This document shows positions 1 through 9,758 of a DNA stretch of 64,000 nucleotides, piece after piece. Numbering within the stretch: the stretch's first letter is position 1; every line of letters starts with the position of its first letter. The position numbers were made by a program, and so were the translations under genes. The notes beneath the pieces were generated by a model. It was not told where the DNA came from, did not search any database, and worked only from the letters and a program-made list of their open reading frames with translations. Source of the stretch: an uncultured bacterium (GTDB taxonomy: Bacteria > Patescibacteriota > Minisyncoccia > Phycocordibacterales > UBA918); the NCBI GenBank assembly GCA_965652925.1, contig CBFGXL010000001.1:23821-87820 (forward strand), read 5' to 3'.

Positions 1-371
1 ATCTCAATGCCTTCAGCATAAATTGCTGCATTAAAGAAACCATGGTAGCACCCAAAACCAAAAGAACCATCGCATTCTCCCAGTCCTTCCATGTGGTATT
101 CCTCATACAAGAGTTCCCCCAGTATGTGTGTATGCTCATGCTCAGAGCTTTTCTGATTCGTTATTTCTGTGATGATCTGCTCATAAGCTGACTGTGCACT
201 TTGCGTGCTGAAGTGCTTCCGCCATTTTTCCTTCTGTTCGAGAAAAGCTTCATTGCGAGGACGTTCATCATGTATTTCGGTCTTGACATCTGCAGCCCAT
301 AGACCATATGCAACAAGACAAAACAGGATAGTCAGTCCGGCGAGTATAACAAGCACACGTGTATATTTCAT
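1..371 (-). CDS. Partial hypothetical membrane-anchored Cys-containing protein; the N-terminus is in the window and the gene runs past the window start
   Basis: Manual minus-strand translation from ATG at 371: MKYTRVLVILAGLTILFCLVAYGLWAADVKTEIHDERPRNEAFLEQKEKWRKHF...GECDGSFGFGCYHGFFNAAIYAEGIE. The N-terminal TM helix is clear. The ORF stays open to position 1. It abuts the stop of the next gene at 374. Confidence 0.4.
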   Translation of the reverse strand, partial: MKYTRVLVILAGLTILFCLVAYGLWAADVKTEIHDERPRNEAFLEQKEKWRKHFSTQSAQSAYEQIITEITNQKSSEHEHTHILGELLYEEYHMEGLGECDGSFGFGCYHGFFNAAIYAEGIE

Positions 372-373
372 AC

Positions 374-1072
374 TCATTGCGCATTGTAGAGACATGCATT
401 GAGCTCAGAAGTCTGCGTCCATCCACACTGTCCGTTTTGTTGGCGCTCACACACCGCTTCCCTGTAACAAGCGTATTCTTCCCGATACTCACAGGTTGAG
501 GCCAAATCAGGACTATCGCTGCACAGCTGCGAGGAGCAGCCACCGATATAACATGGTCCCAAAGAAGGAGCAGCTGGAGGTGCTGTTTCTATCGCTGTGC
601 GTTTCACTACTTCAAACGTTAACAAATACTCGTCCTCCTTCGCAGTCTCTGTAGACACGCGTTCCGGCATAATACTCAAAAATGTAATTCGTTCGGCTTC
701 AGTTGTAAGAGAGTCACCCAAGGCAAGGGTGTCGGTACTGGTGCCAAGCCCAGAAACTGTCTGCAGGAGAACCTTCGAAGTCCCCGCCCAGATACACTGG
801 ACATCAACTGGGCACCTGCTATCTTCAAGAATCTCGAGCGGAGTAATGCTCACACCGTCGAACTGTGCCATCTGTTTAAGTGGTAGCTCTACACTTCCAA
901 ATGCGCGCACCTCCCGGGCAACAGGATCTTGCTGCTGCGGCGTTTGAGTATTGGAAGGAGGCGTGTCTTGGGTGGGGGCTAGTGCAGGGTCGCTTAAAAA
1001 AACAAAAAAGGTAATTACTATACCTGTAATAAGTATAAAAATGAGGATGAGCGAAACGATACCTGTACGCAT
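374..1072 (-). CDS. Hypothetical membrane-anchored protein with a Pro/Thr/Gln-rich linker and a C-terminal 8-Cys domain
   Basis: 232-aa ORF. N-terminal TM (IVSLILIFILITGIVITFFVF), a PTQDTPPSNTQTPQQQ linker, and a C-terminal CYIGGCSSQLCSD...CEYREEYACYREAVCERQQNGQCGW cluster. No family recognised. Confidence 0.5.
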   Translation of the reverse strand: MRTGIVSLILIFILITGIVITFFVFLSDPALAPTQDTPPSNTQTPQQQDPVAREVRAFGSVELPLKQMAQFDGVSITPLEILEDSRCPVDVQCIWAGTSKVLLQTVSGLGTSTDTLALGDSLTTEAERITFLSIMPERVSTETAKEDEYLLTFEVVKRTAIETAPPAAPSLGPCYIGGCSSQLCSDSPDLASTCEYREEYACYREAVCERQQNGQCGWTQTSELNACLYNAQ

Positions 1073-1097
1073 ATATGCTCAGTATACCATCACCTTT

Positions 1098-1868
1098 TCA
1101 GGCAATGCGGTCTGCATGAAGTATCGTCCCGGTAACTGCCTCACGTTCACCGTGTATGAATGAGAGCACAAGTGCAGCTGCCTCATCAGGAGTGCGTATC
1201 TTCCCTCCCTTTGGATCGTTCTCAATGAGCGCACGAATTTCTTTGGTGATCCATCCCGTATCGGTGGGTCCAGGATCAACCGCATTGATCGTTATGCCAA
1301 GCGTGCGCAGCTCCAGCTCCAGCTGGAGTGTCAACATCTCAAGTGAGGCTTTGGTAATCGCATACGGAAGCTCATCGTTCATCACCCCCAGGGACTGTCC
1401 TGAAGTAAGATTCACAATTCTCCCTCCTGTCTGCTTCGTAAAGTGCTGTGCAAATTCTTTACACAAAAGAGCTGCTGCGCGGACATTCACAGCGTAATGG
1501 GCATCAAGTAGCTGTGCATCAACATCAAAAAATGACTGATGGGTAGACACACAGGCATTATTAACAAGGATATCGATATCTTTGCATGAATGAATTGCCT
1601 CCTCCATCAGGAGTGCTGGGGTCTCGCTTTTACTGAGATCAGCTTCCATAGCAAAGACAGCCTCAGCGCCATATTTTTCAAACTCCGAGGCAAACGCTGC
1701 AGGGTCCTCCTCTCCCCCTTGCAGTTTTCCTTCGACATCGTAAGCACGCCAGTAGGTAAAGAAAATTACCGCACCTTCCTGTGAAAGAGCCTTACAAATA
1801 GCGTATCCAATGCCTGACCTGCGGCCCACACCGGTTACGAGTGCTGTTTTTCCACGCAATGCTTTCAT
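1098..1868 (-). CDS. Short-chain dehydrogenase/reductase (SDR) family oxidoreductase
   Basis: TGVGRRSGIGYAI Rossmann motif (TGxxxGIG), an NNAC segment, and a YAITK catalytic YxxxK. 256 aa. Confidence 0.85.
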   Translation of the reverse strand: MKALRGKTALVTGVGRRSGIGYAICKALSQEGAVIFFTYWRAYDVEGKLQGGEEDPAAFASEFEKYGAEAVFAMEADLSKSETPALLMEEAIHSCKDIDILVNNACVSTHQSFFDVDAQLLDAHYAVNVRAAALLCKEFAQHFTKQTGGRIVNLTSGQSLGVMNDELPYAITKASLEMLTLQLELELRTLGITINAVDPGPTDTGWITKEIRALIENDPKGGKIRTPDEAAALVLSFIHGEREAVTGTILHADRIA

Positions 1869-1949
1869 ATAAAAAATTATACAGACTTTTTGTGTTCCGC
1901 CTAGACAGGGTTATTGTTGTGCTTTAAGCTATGCATAAGGAGGTGTCAC

Positions 1950-2231
1950 ATGGGAACTGGGATACTGCACTGCGACAGCTCCATCCTTCGAGGGGAGCTG
2001 ATCTTTGAGGACAAGGAGCATTTTTATCCGCCTCACCTGCTCGAAGCGTGGAAAAGGAGGCTGCAAGAACGCACCTTCCAGCCCGTTGAATGGCAATACG
2101 TTGACGGCAGATTCGTCCAGTTGTACACAACCGGCGATCCTGACACGGTCACAGACCAGATGCGTAGCGGAGGCCTCGATATTGAGACATTCGCCCGCAC
2201 CTACTTTGCCTCACAGCAAAAGCCGCCCTGA
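1950..2231 (+). CDS. Hypothetical small protein (94 aa)
   Basis: A strong SD (AAGGAGGTG) sits 4 nt upstream of ATG 1950. The ORF is followed by an intrinsic terminator whose stem overlaps the stop codon. No family recognised. Confidence 0.5.
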   Translation: MGTGILHCDSSILRGELIFEDKEHFYPPHLLEAWKRRLQERTFQPVEWQYVDGRFVQLYTTGDPDTVTDQMRSGGLDIETFARTYFASQQKPP

Positions 2232-2244
2232 GCGGCTTTTTTGT
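2219..2244 (+). terminator. Rho-independent terminator (GCCGC-CCTGA-GCGGC plus T6)
   Basis: Hairpin aaagccgccctgagcggcttttttg immediately at the stop of the 1950..2231 ORF. Confidence 0.6.
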
Positions 2245-2341
2245 CGGATATGAACTTTCTTTCATTTCTTCATCTCAATTTCATAAAAACTTCATACACT
2301 CGGGTGTCTGGCTCAACAGATATATTGTAATATTAAGAACT

Positions 2342-3016
2342 ATGCGAATACTCGTGATCGAAGACAACGTAAAACTCGCTGAGTCCATTAAAAAAGGGCT
2401 CGCGAAGAACGGCTACGCTGCTGACTGCATCCACGACGGACAGGAGGCAGCAGAACATTTGTTCATGAACAATCAGGATTATGACGCCGTTATTCTCGAC
2501 CTCATGCTTCCTAACCGCAGTGGTCTTGATATATGCATGGCAGCGCGGGAACGCGGAATCAGCACACCTATCATCGTCCTCACCGCAAAGGACGAGAAAG
2601 CTGACTCCATCGTCCTGCTTAATGCGGGAGCAGACGATTATATGGTCAAACCATTCGCCTTTGAGGAACTTCTGGCGCGCATCCGCGCGGTAACTCGCCG
2701 CCCAAGCGAAACACTTCCAACAGAATTGAGCGTTCACGATGTGCGGCTCAATATCAACACGAGGAAGGTATACGTCGGCAGCGAAGAAGTGGCATTCACA
2801 CTCAAGGAGTTTGCCATACTCGAGCTCTTCATGCGAAACCCAGACCGCGTGCTCACGCGCGAGTTCATCCTCGATCATGTGTGGGATTTCAACTTTAATT
2901 CATTAAGCAATGTGGTAGACGTTCATGTTAAAAATCTCAGACAAAAACTGGCAACTACTAAACAAGGAGATATCATTGAAACAGTTACCGGTGTGGGTTA
3001 CCGCATCAAAGCGTAA
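2342..3016 (+). CDS. OmpR/PhoB-family winged-helix response regulator
   Basis: Receiver domain (MRILVIEDN, DLMLP, LTAKDE) followed by a winged-helix C-terminus (ETVTGVGYRIKA). 224 aa. Confidence 0.9.
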   Translation: MRILVIEDNVKLAESIKKGLAKNGYAADCIHDGQEAAEHLFMNNQDYDAVILDLMLPNRSGLDICMAARERGISTPIIVLTAKDEKADSIVLLNAGADDYMVKPFAFEELLARIRAVTRRPSETLPTELSVHDVRLNINTRKVYVGSEEVAFTLKEFAILELFMRNPDRVLTREFILDHVWDFNFNSLSNVVDVHVKNLRQKLATTKQGDIIETVTGVGYRIKA

Positions 3017-4064
3017 CTATCAAAGCAACATCTTTACGCGCACCTGGTGGAATATCGTCATATTCCATACCTTTTTCGTTCTTGTGATGGTTATTGTCTT
3101 TGGCTATGTTCTCTACTACACCAAGCTCAATCTCTTTACGACCGTCAACAATATGCTTGACGTCATCATCAAGGGCGGGACAGTTGATGCTGCACTCATT
3201 ACCCAGACGTCTCGTGAGCTAGATCAGATCAACTTCCTCGTATTGTGCAGCATGGTGTTCTTTGCAGCCATAACCGGAGTACTTGCTGCACACATCACGC
3301 TCGTCCCTACTCGTAATGAATTTGCGCAACGCAAGAAATTCATCACAGCTGTTGCACACGAACTGCGCACGCCGCTTGCAGTTTTGCGCACCAGCAACGA
3401 AGTTGCTCTATATGATGTACACGACACGCCTGCGGTGCGCAAAACGCTTGAGGAGAATATTGAGGAAACTAAACATATAGCAAACATACTCAACAACCTT
3501 GTCATTTTCAGCCGTGTGGAAAACGAGGAAACGCTTGCCTTTGAGAAAGTAGATCTCAATAAAGTGTTACGCACTGTAGTTAAAAAGCTTGAGAAATTTG
3601 CCGAGAAGCATAAGGTTGCTCTGGCTATACAGGAGGAGAACACCCCTTCAATATCGGCAAACCTCACTGCTATTGAACAAATATTTTATAATCTCATCAA
3701 GAATGCGATTATATATTCAAAACCTCAAGGTGGAACAGTCCTTATTGCACCAACTGCGACAGCAACCCACGTTTCCGTTACCATAACAGACGATGGAATC
3801 GGTATGTCACAGAAGAATCTCAAACATATCTTTGAACCATTTTTCCGCATCAACCCCGACAGTTCCCCCTCAGCAACCGGAACTGGTTTAGGGCTCGCGC
3901 TTGTGCTTGAGATCGTAAAAATACACAAAGGTGTTATTCAAGTTGAAAGCAAAGAGGGTGTGGGGACCTCATTTACGCTGCAGTTTCCTCTTGCCTCATC
4001 AGTACTCATCAGTGAACCGCTTCCACAAAATGAGGGGTCGGTCACTTTCTCATTTGAAAAATAA
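2991..4064 (+). CDS. Sensor histidine kinase (two TMs, HisKA plus HATPase_c)
   Basis: H-box AHELRTPLAVL, N-box NLIKNAIIYS, and G-boxes DDGIGM and GTGLGLALV. The longest ORF starts at ATG 2925 and overlaps the response regulator by 92 nt. A GTG at 2991 is a plausible alternative start. The start is uncertain. Confidence 0.85.
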   Translation: MWVTASKRNYQSNIFTRTWWNIVIFHTFFVLVMVIVFGYVLYYTKLNLFTTVNNMLDVIIKGGTVDAALITQTSRELDQINFLVLCSMVFFAAITGVLAAHITLVPTRNEFAQRKKFITAVAHELRTPLAVLRTSNEVALYDVHDTPAVRKTLEENIEETKHIANILNNLVIFSRVENEETLAFEKVDLNKVLRTVVKKLEKFAEKHKVALAIQEENTPSISANLTAIEQIFYNLIKNAIIYSKPQGGTVLIAPTATATHVSVTITDDGIGMSQKNLKHIFEPFFRINPDSSPSATGTGLGLALVLEIVKIHKGVIQVESKEGVGTSFTLQFPLASSVLISEPLPQNEGSVTFSFEK

Positions 4065-4107
4065 ACCTTCACCAAGTGCTCATGCGTACGGTGCATACTT
4101 TACGCGT

Positions 4108-4725
4108 ATGAGCGCTCGGCAATTTCCTCTGGCCATCAAGTATTGCATATTGGGTGCACTTATTCTGATCGGATTTTATTATGCCGTCATGAGCAACTGG
4201 CATGCAGTATTTATGATTAGTCAGGCATTCTTGTTCAGTCTGATTCCTTCCTTTCTGCAAAAATTGTACGGCGTGCGCACTCCCCGCATCCTTCAGGCGG
4301 GAGTTGTTTTCTTTATGTTTGCCACCATTTTTCTTGGAGAGGTAGCGAACTTTTACGAGCTTTTCTGGTGGTGGGACCTCATCTGGCACACACTTGCGGG
4401 AACAGTGTTTTGCCTTATTGGCTTTATCATCCTTATTCTGACCTACCGCAGGCAAAATGTGCGTCTCAATTCTCTTTTCAGCACAGTGTTTGCTGTCTCC
4501 TTCTCGCTTGCGTCCAGTGTCCTCTGGGAAATACTGGAGTTTGTCATAGATTTAACGTTCGGCACAAATATGCAACCGAGCGGAAGCGACACCATGTGGG
4601 ATCTGGTGGTCGGCCTGTTTGGAGCACTCATCGGTGCATTCAGCGGGTATCGTTATGTGCAGTACCGGGAGTGTATAGGAATGAACGCCATCATTGACGA
4701 TGGCGTTCAGAAGAATATACATTAA
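4108..4725 (+). CDS. Integral membrane protein, about 6 TM, unknown function
   Basis: Hydrophobic helices and a WWWDLIWH motif. The longest ORF (from 3931) overlaps the HK 3' end; ATG 4108 (MSARQF) is the first start downstream of the HK stop. Confidence 0.55.
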   Translation: MSARQFPLAIKYCILGALILIGFYYAVMSNWHAVFMISQAFLFSLIPSFLQKLYGVRTPRILQAGVVFFMFATIFLGEVANFYELFWWWDLIWHTLAGTVFCLIGFIILILTYRRQNVRLNSLFSTVFAVSFSLASSVLWEILEFVIDLTFGTNMQPSGSDTMWDLVVGLFGALIGAFSGYRYVQYRECIGMNAIIDDGVQKNIH

Positions 4726-4736
4726 CCACTGATGCG

Positions 4737-4943
4737 TTATGCAAGACCGTAGGCTTCCCGCACAGCCTTCCACGCAGCGGTGACCGCAACCTCATTGAGC
4801 TTGTGCTCATCATTATATATGCGCTTACTCTCTTGCTGCCTCCATACTCGATCATATGCTCTGGTGAATATTTTCCGTGCATGAGGCGCCGCAAGCAATG
4901 ACTTAAATACTGACTCAGGAAGCTCCTCTTGTGAATACAACAT
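4737..4943 (-). CDS. ChaB-family protein
   Basis: 68 aa. ELPESV...P..A..IF..A....W......EVA...AWKAVREAY resembles the E. coli ChaB pattern (DLPESVKHVLPSHAQDIYKEAFNSAW...AHKVAWAAVKHEY). Confidence 0.6.
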   Translation of the reverse strand: MLYSQEELPESVFKSLLAAPHARKIFTRAYDRVWRQQESKRIYNDEHKLNEVAVTAAWKAVREAYGLA

Positions 4944-5102
4944 AAAACAAAAAACTTTTACCTACTAATGCAACTCTACGTTGCTTTTAGTCCACGTAAG
5001 CATACAAGACCCCCATGAAGAAAGCATGAAATAGCAAGCTCACGCTCTTTTCATGCCTGCTTCATATAATCACCAGTACGTTATCGGCATAAGTCTCAAT
5101 GT

Positions 5103-5612
5103 ATGGAAAATTTAACTGTCGTATACTTCTCACTTCTCAACAATATGTGGGATATTGAGAACCAGCTGGCACTGGAATTGCCTAAAGTAGCAACAAACAG
5201 TACCCATGAAGAACTGCGGACTGTCTTGTATGATCACGCCAAAGAGACACAAAGCCACAAGATACGGCTTGAAGAATTATTGCAGCATCACAACGTGCCG
5301 CTTTCATATGAGCGCGATCTTGCGTTTGAGACCCTCCTTCAAAACGCCTCAGCAAGTGTCGCACTCATCACAGACCAGAACGTCAAAGATGCATTCATCC
5401 TCGCATCAGCGCAGACCATTGAGCATATTGAAATATCACGATATACAACCTTACACCAATGGGCAAAGCAACTTGATGACACACTCGGGTACGAACTGCT
5501 TTACAAGACGCTCATCGAAGAGGAGTCAGCGCTTTCAAAACTATCTGCTCTTGGAGAAGGTACGATCTTTACATTGGGACTCAATGAAAAGGCAGCGGAA
5601 AGCGGCTTATAG
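5103..5612 (+). CDS. DUF892 / YciE-YciF ferritin-like protein
   Basis: 169 aa with the DUF892 pattern (L.DMWDIENQL...L.K.A....H.EL...L..H..ET..H..RLEELL... E.I..YTTL). Likely rubrerythrin/ferritin-like fold. Confidence 0.7.
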   Translation: MENLTVVYFSLLNNMWDIENQLALELPKVATNSTHEELRTVLYDHAKETQSHKIRLEELLQHHNVPLSYERDLAFETLLQNASASVALITDQNVKDAFILASAQTIEHIEISRYTTLHQWAKQLDDTLGYELLYKTLIEEESALSKLSALGEGTIFTLGLNEKAAESGL

Positions 5613-5615
5613 AAG

Positions 5616-6182
5616 TCAGAGACAAAACCGCAGCGGTAGTTCTTGTGCTTTTGTAATCCCGATACGTGTAGTGGTTTTGATCTGCAGAGGATCGACCTTC
5701 TGGTCTGAGTACGCAATAAAGAGCTCAGACGAGACGGAGGTAAGATCTGTTCCATCGTGTGCTCGCGTTATTGCAAGTGCCTGACACACTTTTCCTGGTC
5801 CGTTGGTGAGACCTTCCTGTACCGTTTTCCTACGCAGTCTCATCATATATGGAGTCCCTTGCGTGGGTACAATGCCTCGGATAAGCACAGAGCCGGGCTT
5901 ATCTTCTTTTTGCGTCACCACATCCAAAAGCACATGGTGACGCATGGCGTGGACGTACGCGTGTCCACCTTCCTTGAAGAGGCTCTCGGTGTGTTTCCGA
6001 GGCTTAAACCCATGGGCGGCTTGGTCTTCAAATGGTAAATATGCTTCGGTTTCGCTGATATATCCAGCGAGCACATCCCCTTCCAAGATACGCACAAGGA
6101 TTTTCCCTAAAAGTTCAGGTGCGACCATTTCCGGAGGGCGGTCAAAGAATGAGCGCGGCAACGGATCAAAAGATAAAGCCAT
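5616..6182 (-). CDS. mpg: DNA-3-methyladenine glycosylase (Mpg/AAG family)
   Basis: Mpg family hallmark ETEAYLP.ED.A.H...PRKHTE.LF..GGHAYVH, then GSVLIRG. 188 aa. Confidence 0.8.
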   Translation of the reverse strand: MALSFDPLPRSFFDRPPEMVAPELLGKILVRILEGDVLAGYISETEAYLPFEDQAAHGFKPRKHTESLFKEGGHAYVHAMRHHVLLDVVTQKEDKPGSVLIRGIVPTQGTPYMMRLRRKTVQEGLTNGPGKVCQALAITRAHDGTDLTSVSSELFIAYSDQKVDPLQIKTTTRIGITKAQELPLRFCL

Positions 6183-7273
6183 TATTGCTGTGGAACAAAG
6201 ATCATCGTGCCATAATCCCGGTTGAGATTGAGGCGAAGCATTCCGTTTTCAATGGTGAATGAATTAGTGAGCATCAGATCATTGACATACTCTGACTCAA
6301 GCGACCCCTCGCAATACATTTTTGTTGCAATTGCAGGACTCAGACTCAACACCTCTCTATCTACGAGAAATGTGCCTGACAGCGTATTGCAGTCAGTGGT
6401 ACTTGTATATTCCTCTGTGGGGAGAAATGAAAGTACGAATGAATCGCTTTTGGGTGTTACAACACTACCATCCTTGAGTAAGGTTTGCTGCCATATCCAT
6501 GCATTGTTAAGAATAGGACTAAAAACTTTCTGGTGCACTCTGATGAGATCGTAATCGAGATTTGAACTATACGCTGATCCGTCTTCACCGTAGAGCCGTA
6601 TGGTATCTCCATCAACTACCACATATTCCGCCGTCACTTTATTTGTTTGGGAATCCTGTAGCGCATAAAAGACCTTTCCGTCTTTCTCTGCCTTTACCCA
6701 CACCCCTTCAGTAACCACAGGATCAGATGTCTCCCCTTTGTATACCTCTTTCTTGTGGTACATGCCTTCTGCCGCACCTTCACTGGTGCCACGCAAAGAA
6801 AGTTCTGTCTCTATTCCTTCACACGATGCACAAGGGAGGGTCCCTCGGTACATTGCTATCAGTTTCTCTTCAGTACTCTTCTTCCCCACGACCTCAAGTG
6901 AGTCAGTGATTGAAAAAATACCTTGTATAGGGTACTTCTGCCAGTAGTCAGTGCTGATATTCTCAATAGGTGTAATGACCCCAGATGCAGTGATAAGATC
7001 ACCCTCTACCAATGCCGGAGCCGATTGGGAAAGTAATCCCAGATCAAGCGCATAATATTCACCACTTTGGTTTTTAATGCCCGCAGCACAGTCAGCATTC
7101 TCAACATTTTGGTCTTCCTGTGTGGGTAGACACAGATACTCCCCTTCCATGCTCACCCGTTCTGTGTTTGGTATATCAGCTTGTTTTTCCTGATAGATAT
7201 AATTATTAAGCCAGAAAAATGCTAACACGAGGAGCGTAAGTACTCCTGCAACACTCACTGCAATTTTTTTCAT
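6182..7273 (-). CDS. Secreted or lipoprotein-like hypothetical protein with a C-terminal META/HslJ-like domain
   Basis: Signal peptide MKKIAVSVAGVLTLLVLAF. The C-terminus (TDCNTLSGTFLVD...MYCEGSLESEYVNDLML..SFTIENGMLRLNL) fits the META (DUF306) pattern. TATAAT lies 6 nt upstream of ATG 7273, so the mRNA is likely leaderless. Confidence 0.55.
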   Translation of the reverse strand: MKKIAVSVAGVLTLLVLAFFWLNNYIYQEKQADIPNTERVSMEGEYLCLPTQEDQNVENADCAAGIKNQSGEYYALDLGLLSQSAPALVEGDLITASGVITPIENISTDYWQKYPIQGIFSITDSLEVVGKKSTEEKLIAMYRGTLPCASCEGIETELSLRGTSEGAAEGMYHKKEVYKGETSDPVVTEGVWVKAEKDGKVFYALQDSQTNKVTAEYVVVDGDTIRLYGEDGSAYSSNLDYDLIRVHQKVFSPILNNAWIWQQTLLKDGSVVTPKSDSFVLSFLPTEEYTSTTDCNTLSGTFLVDREVLSLSPAIATKMYCEGSLESEYVNDLMLTNSFTIENGMLRLNLNRDYGTMIFVPQQ

Positions 7274-7307
7274 GCGTGCATTATAGCACTTGTGTATGGG
7301 TAAAAAA

Positions 7308-8993
7308 CTAGGCTTTTGAAGCAATCTTTGCTATCGCATCCTGTGTCTTTGCACATATTCGCCCTTCTGCTTGCAACTTCTTCACTACCTCAAACGACAG
7401 AAGGCTTTCCAGAAGATCACTGCTTGAGGAAGAAATATAGACCTCCTTCTTGTTGTCCAATAACCTTTGTATTGAAGCGGCAAGCATTTCTTCAGCTTCA
7501 TAATCCAGTGAGAACAGATTGCGCAAGCGCACGATAACTGCAGGGATATTGTTGCTGTGTGCAAGTGTCTTAATATTTGCCTCATGCCGAGAACTATCGA
7601 GGTAGCCGAGCGAACCTGCAATACTATACGTAACGAAGGTATATACATCATCCTTGGGAATGTGGAGCGTGCGCCCTTTGCGTATTTCCTTTTTAGAACC
7701 GTCTTTATAGTTGAAGATGATATCGAAATAGCCATGGCTAACACGATCTGCGAAGAACAGAAGTGCCACAACAGCTCCGATCACCACAGCGATACCCGCA
7801 TCTTCAAACACAGTGATTGCCAATACCAAGATGGCGATAAAAAAGCTCTGCTTTTCTTTGTGGTAGAACTCAACAAATTTATGCGTTTCAATGAGGCCAA
7901 GCGCTGTATTGACCAGGAGCGCGGCAATCACCGTCATCGGGATATAGATAAACAGTGGCAGTACCACGAGTGCAATGATTGCCGTAAAGACAGCTGCGAG
8001 TCCTGAGGAAGTTTTATGTGTCGCACCCGCTTTGATATTTGCTCCGGTTCGGATAAATACTCCGGTTGCAGGGAGTCCACCCAAGGCTCCTGAACCCAGG
8101 TTCGACAGACCAAGCCCAAACAGTTCTTTGCGGGCTGAAGACTGCGTCTTTGTCACTTTGTCTGCTATTTGAGCAGTGATGAGCGTCTCGAGAATTGATA
8201 TAAGCGCAACTGTTCCAGCTACACCAATGATCCACTTGATAGCTTCAATGTTGCCAAACAAAGCTGGCGCCTGCTGCCAAGGAACCGATACTACGAGCGT
8301 AGCCTTGAAGGAACCAAATTTATCGCCAAGCGTTATGAGGTCTATTGCGGGCAAAAAATTGCTTTCAATCCACCCGAAGAGAATGCCGATCACCGCAACA
8401 GGTATTACTGCAGGAAGGAACTTAACATAACGCTTCCATACGAGAATAGCGATAAGAAAGATGCCGAACACAGCCAAAGCCTGCAGGTTGGTGTTGTGAG
8501 CGTGTTCGAGGTACAACTCAATATCTCCAATAAAGTGACCTGTTCGTTTCAAAGCAGAAAGTCCTGTTGCATCAAAGAGTTGGGACGCAGCAATCAAAAA
8601 AGCTACTCCAGCTGCGAAGCCGTACATGATGCTTGAAGGAATGTAATACAAAAAGCGATCGGCCTTGAGCGCCCACACACCAAGTATCATGGCTCCTGAA
8701 ACAACAGCGATCATAGGCAAAACAGCAGGGCCCAAGTCTCCGGGGGCAACGAGCGTAGCAGCAAAGAGGACCGTCGTGAGCGCTCCTGCCGCGCCGATAA
8801 CATTGTAATTATTACCACCAAAAATAGCAGCGATCAGTGTCGCCCAGATACCGGTAATAACCCCCGGAAGCGGACCAGCTCCTGAGGCAACAGAAAGTGC
8901 GATGGAAAGCGGTACGGAAATGAGTGCCACAGTAAGACCTGACTTCCAGTTTTCCCTCACTCGTTTTTGAAATGTTGTTATTGCTGTGATCAT
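7308..8993 (-). CDS. SulP-family anion transporter with C-terminal STAS domain
   Basis: SulP N-terminal motif WKSGLTVALISVPLSIALSVASGAGPLPGVITGIWATLIAAIFGG, multiple TMs, and a C-terminal STAS-like segment. The start at the internal ATG 8993 is uncertain; the longest ORF begins with TTG at 9077. Confidence 0.85.
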   Translation of the reverse strand: MITAITTFQKRVRENWKSGLTVALISVPLSIALSVASGAGPLPGVITGIWATLIAAIFGGNNYNVIGAAGALTTVLFAATLVAPGDLGPAVLPMIAVVSGAMILGVWALKADRFLYYIPSSIMYGFAAGVAFLIAASQLFDATGLSALKRTGHFIGDIELYLEHAHNTNLQALAVFGIFLIAILVWKRYVKFLPAVIPVAVIGILFGWIESNFLPAIDLITLGDKFGSFKATLVVSVPWQQAPALFGNIEAIKWIIGVAGTVALISILETLITAQIADKVTKTQSSARKELFGLGLSNLGSGALGGLPATGVFIRTGANIKAGATHKTSSGLAAVFTAIIALVVLPLFIYIPMTVIAALLVNTALGLIETHKFVEFYHKEKQSFFIAILVLAITVFEDAGIAVVIGAVVALLFFADRVSHGYFDIIFNYKDGSKKEIRKGRTLHIPKDDVYTFVTYSIAGSLGYLDSSRHEANIKTLAHSNNIPAVIVRLRNLFSLDYEAEEMLAASIQRLLDNKKEVYISSSSSDLLESLLSFEVVKKLQAEGRICAKTQDAIAKIASKA

Positions 8994-9095
8994 AAAAAAT
9001 AAAAAATACTCTACCCTGCCTTCAAAGCAGATCCTCAGATTGAGAATATGAAAATGAGTCTTTCCGTGAACCGCCAAGGCGGTCCACGGAAGATC

Positions 9096-9758
9096 TCAAA
9101 GAACATCAAGTAACTCCGCGTGGTTGGCTTCATTCCTAGAGAGCCACGCGCTTAACTTGCTCTTGTGGACGCGGATAATGTCCATTTCCCCATTGCCGAA
9201 GTCGAAATGCAGCAGTCCGACAACATTTTTCAGTTCCGGAAAGCCTTTTGCTCTCCAGGTCTGCCGAATGATCTTCTTCGCTTCGGGATATGCTGCAAGC
9301 ACATCCCTGCGCGTTTTTTTTGCCCGGGCGGCGAACCCGCATGGGAAATGAAGAGTCAAGGCGATACTGTCGAGCTTACCGATGATCTGGCCGATAAGGA
9401 TCTGGCCGAGAACATCGGTCGATGCATCTGGGGAAAGCGGTACGTCGCTGGATTTCACTCCATTGACAATAAGCAAGGGGCCACCGAACACCTTTACCGG
9501 TGCAACGCGTCCGCGGGCTTCCGCATGGAACAAAGAGTGGGCTCCTTGATGCATGTGATGCTGTCGCTCAGGATCCGCACACATCAGGCAACCCATTTTG
9601 CCTTTTACGTCTATTTTTGACGGGTCTATCTGTTCGCAGACCCCCTCACGAAGCAACAGATCATGCAGTTCGCGCAAACCTTCGGTTGTACCGTAGGTTG
9701 TGTCCTGCAGAGCTGTATACAAATGGTCGAGGAAGTCTGGCGCCGCATTCGTGTTCAT
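9096..9758 (-). CDS. Hypothetical protein co-oriented with SulP; possibly a divergent beta-carbonic-anhydrase-like protein
   Basis: SD GAGAGG upstream of ATG 9758, and a 19-nt gap to the SulP ORF. It contains C..CADPER and a later HFPCG (HxxCG), reminiscent of beta-CA zinc motifs but non-canonical. The family assignment is speculative. Confidence 0.4.
   Translation of the reverse strand: MNTNAAPDFLDHLYTALQDTTYGTTEGLRELHDLLLREGVCEQIDPSKIDVKGKMGCLMCADPERQHHMHQGAHSLFHAEARGRVAPVKVFGGPLLIVNGVKSSDVPLSPDASTDVLGQILIGQIIGKLDSIALTLHFPCGFAARAKKTRRDVLAAYPEAKKIIRQTWRAKGFPELKNVVGLLHFDFGNGEMDIIRVHKSKLSAWLSRNEANHAELLDVL

Noticed and set aside
3931-4107. 5' extension of the membrane-protein ORF overlapping the histidine kinase 3' end
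   Set aside because: It overlaps the HK G2-box coding region in another frame. The first ATG after the HK stop (4108) gives a sensible TM protein start.
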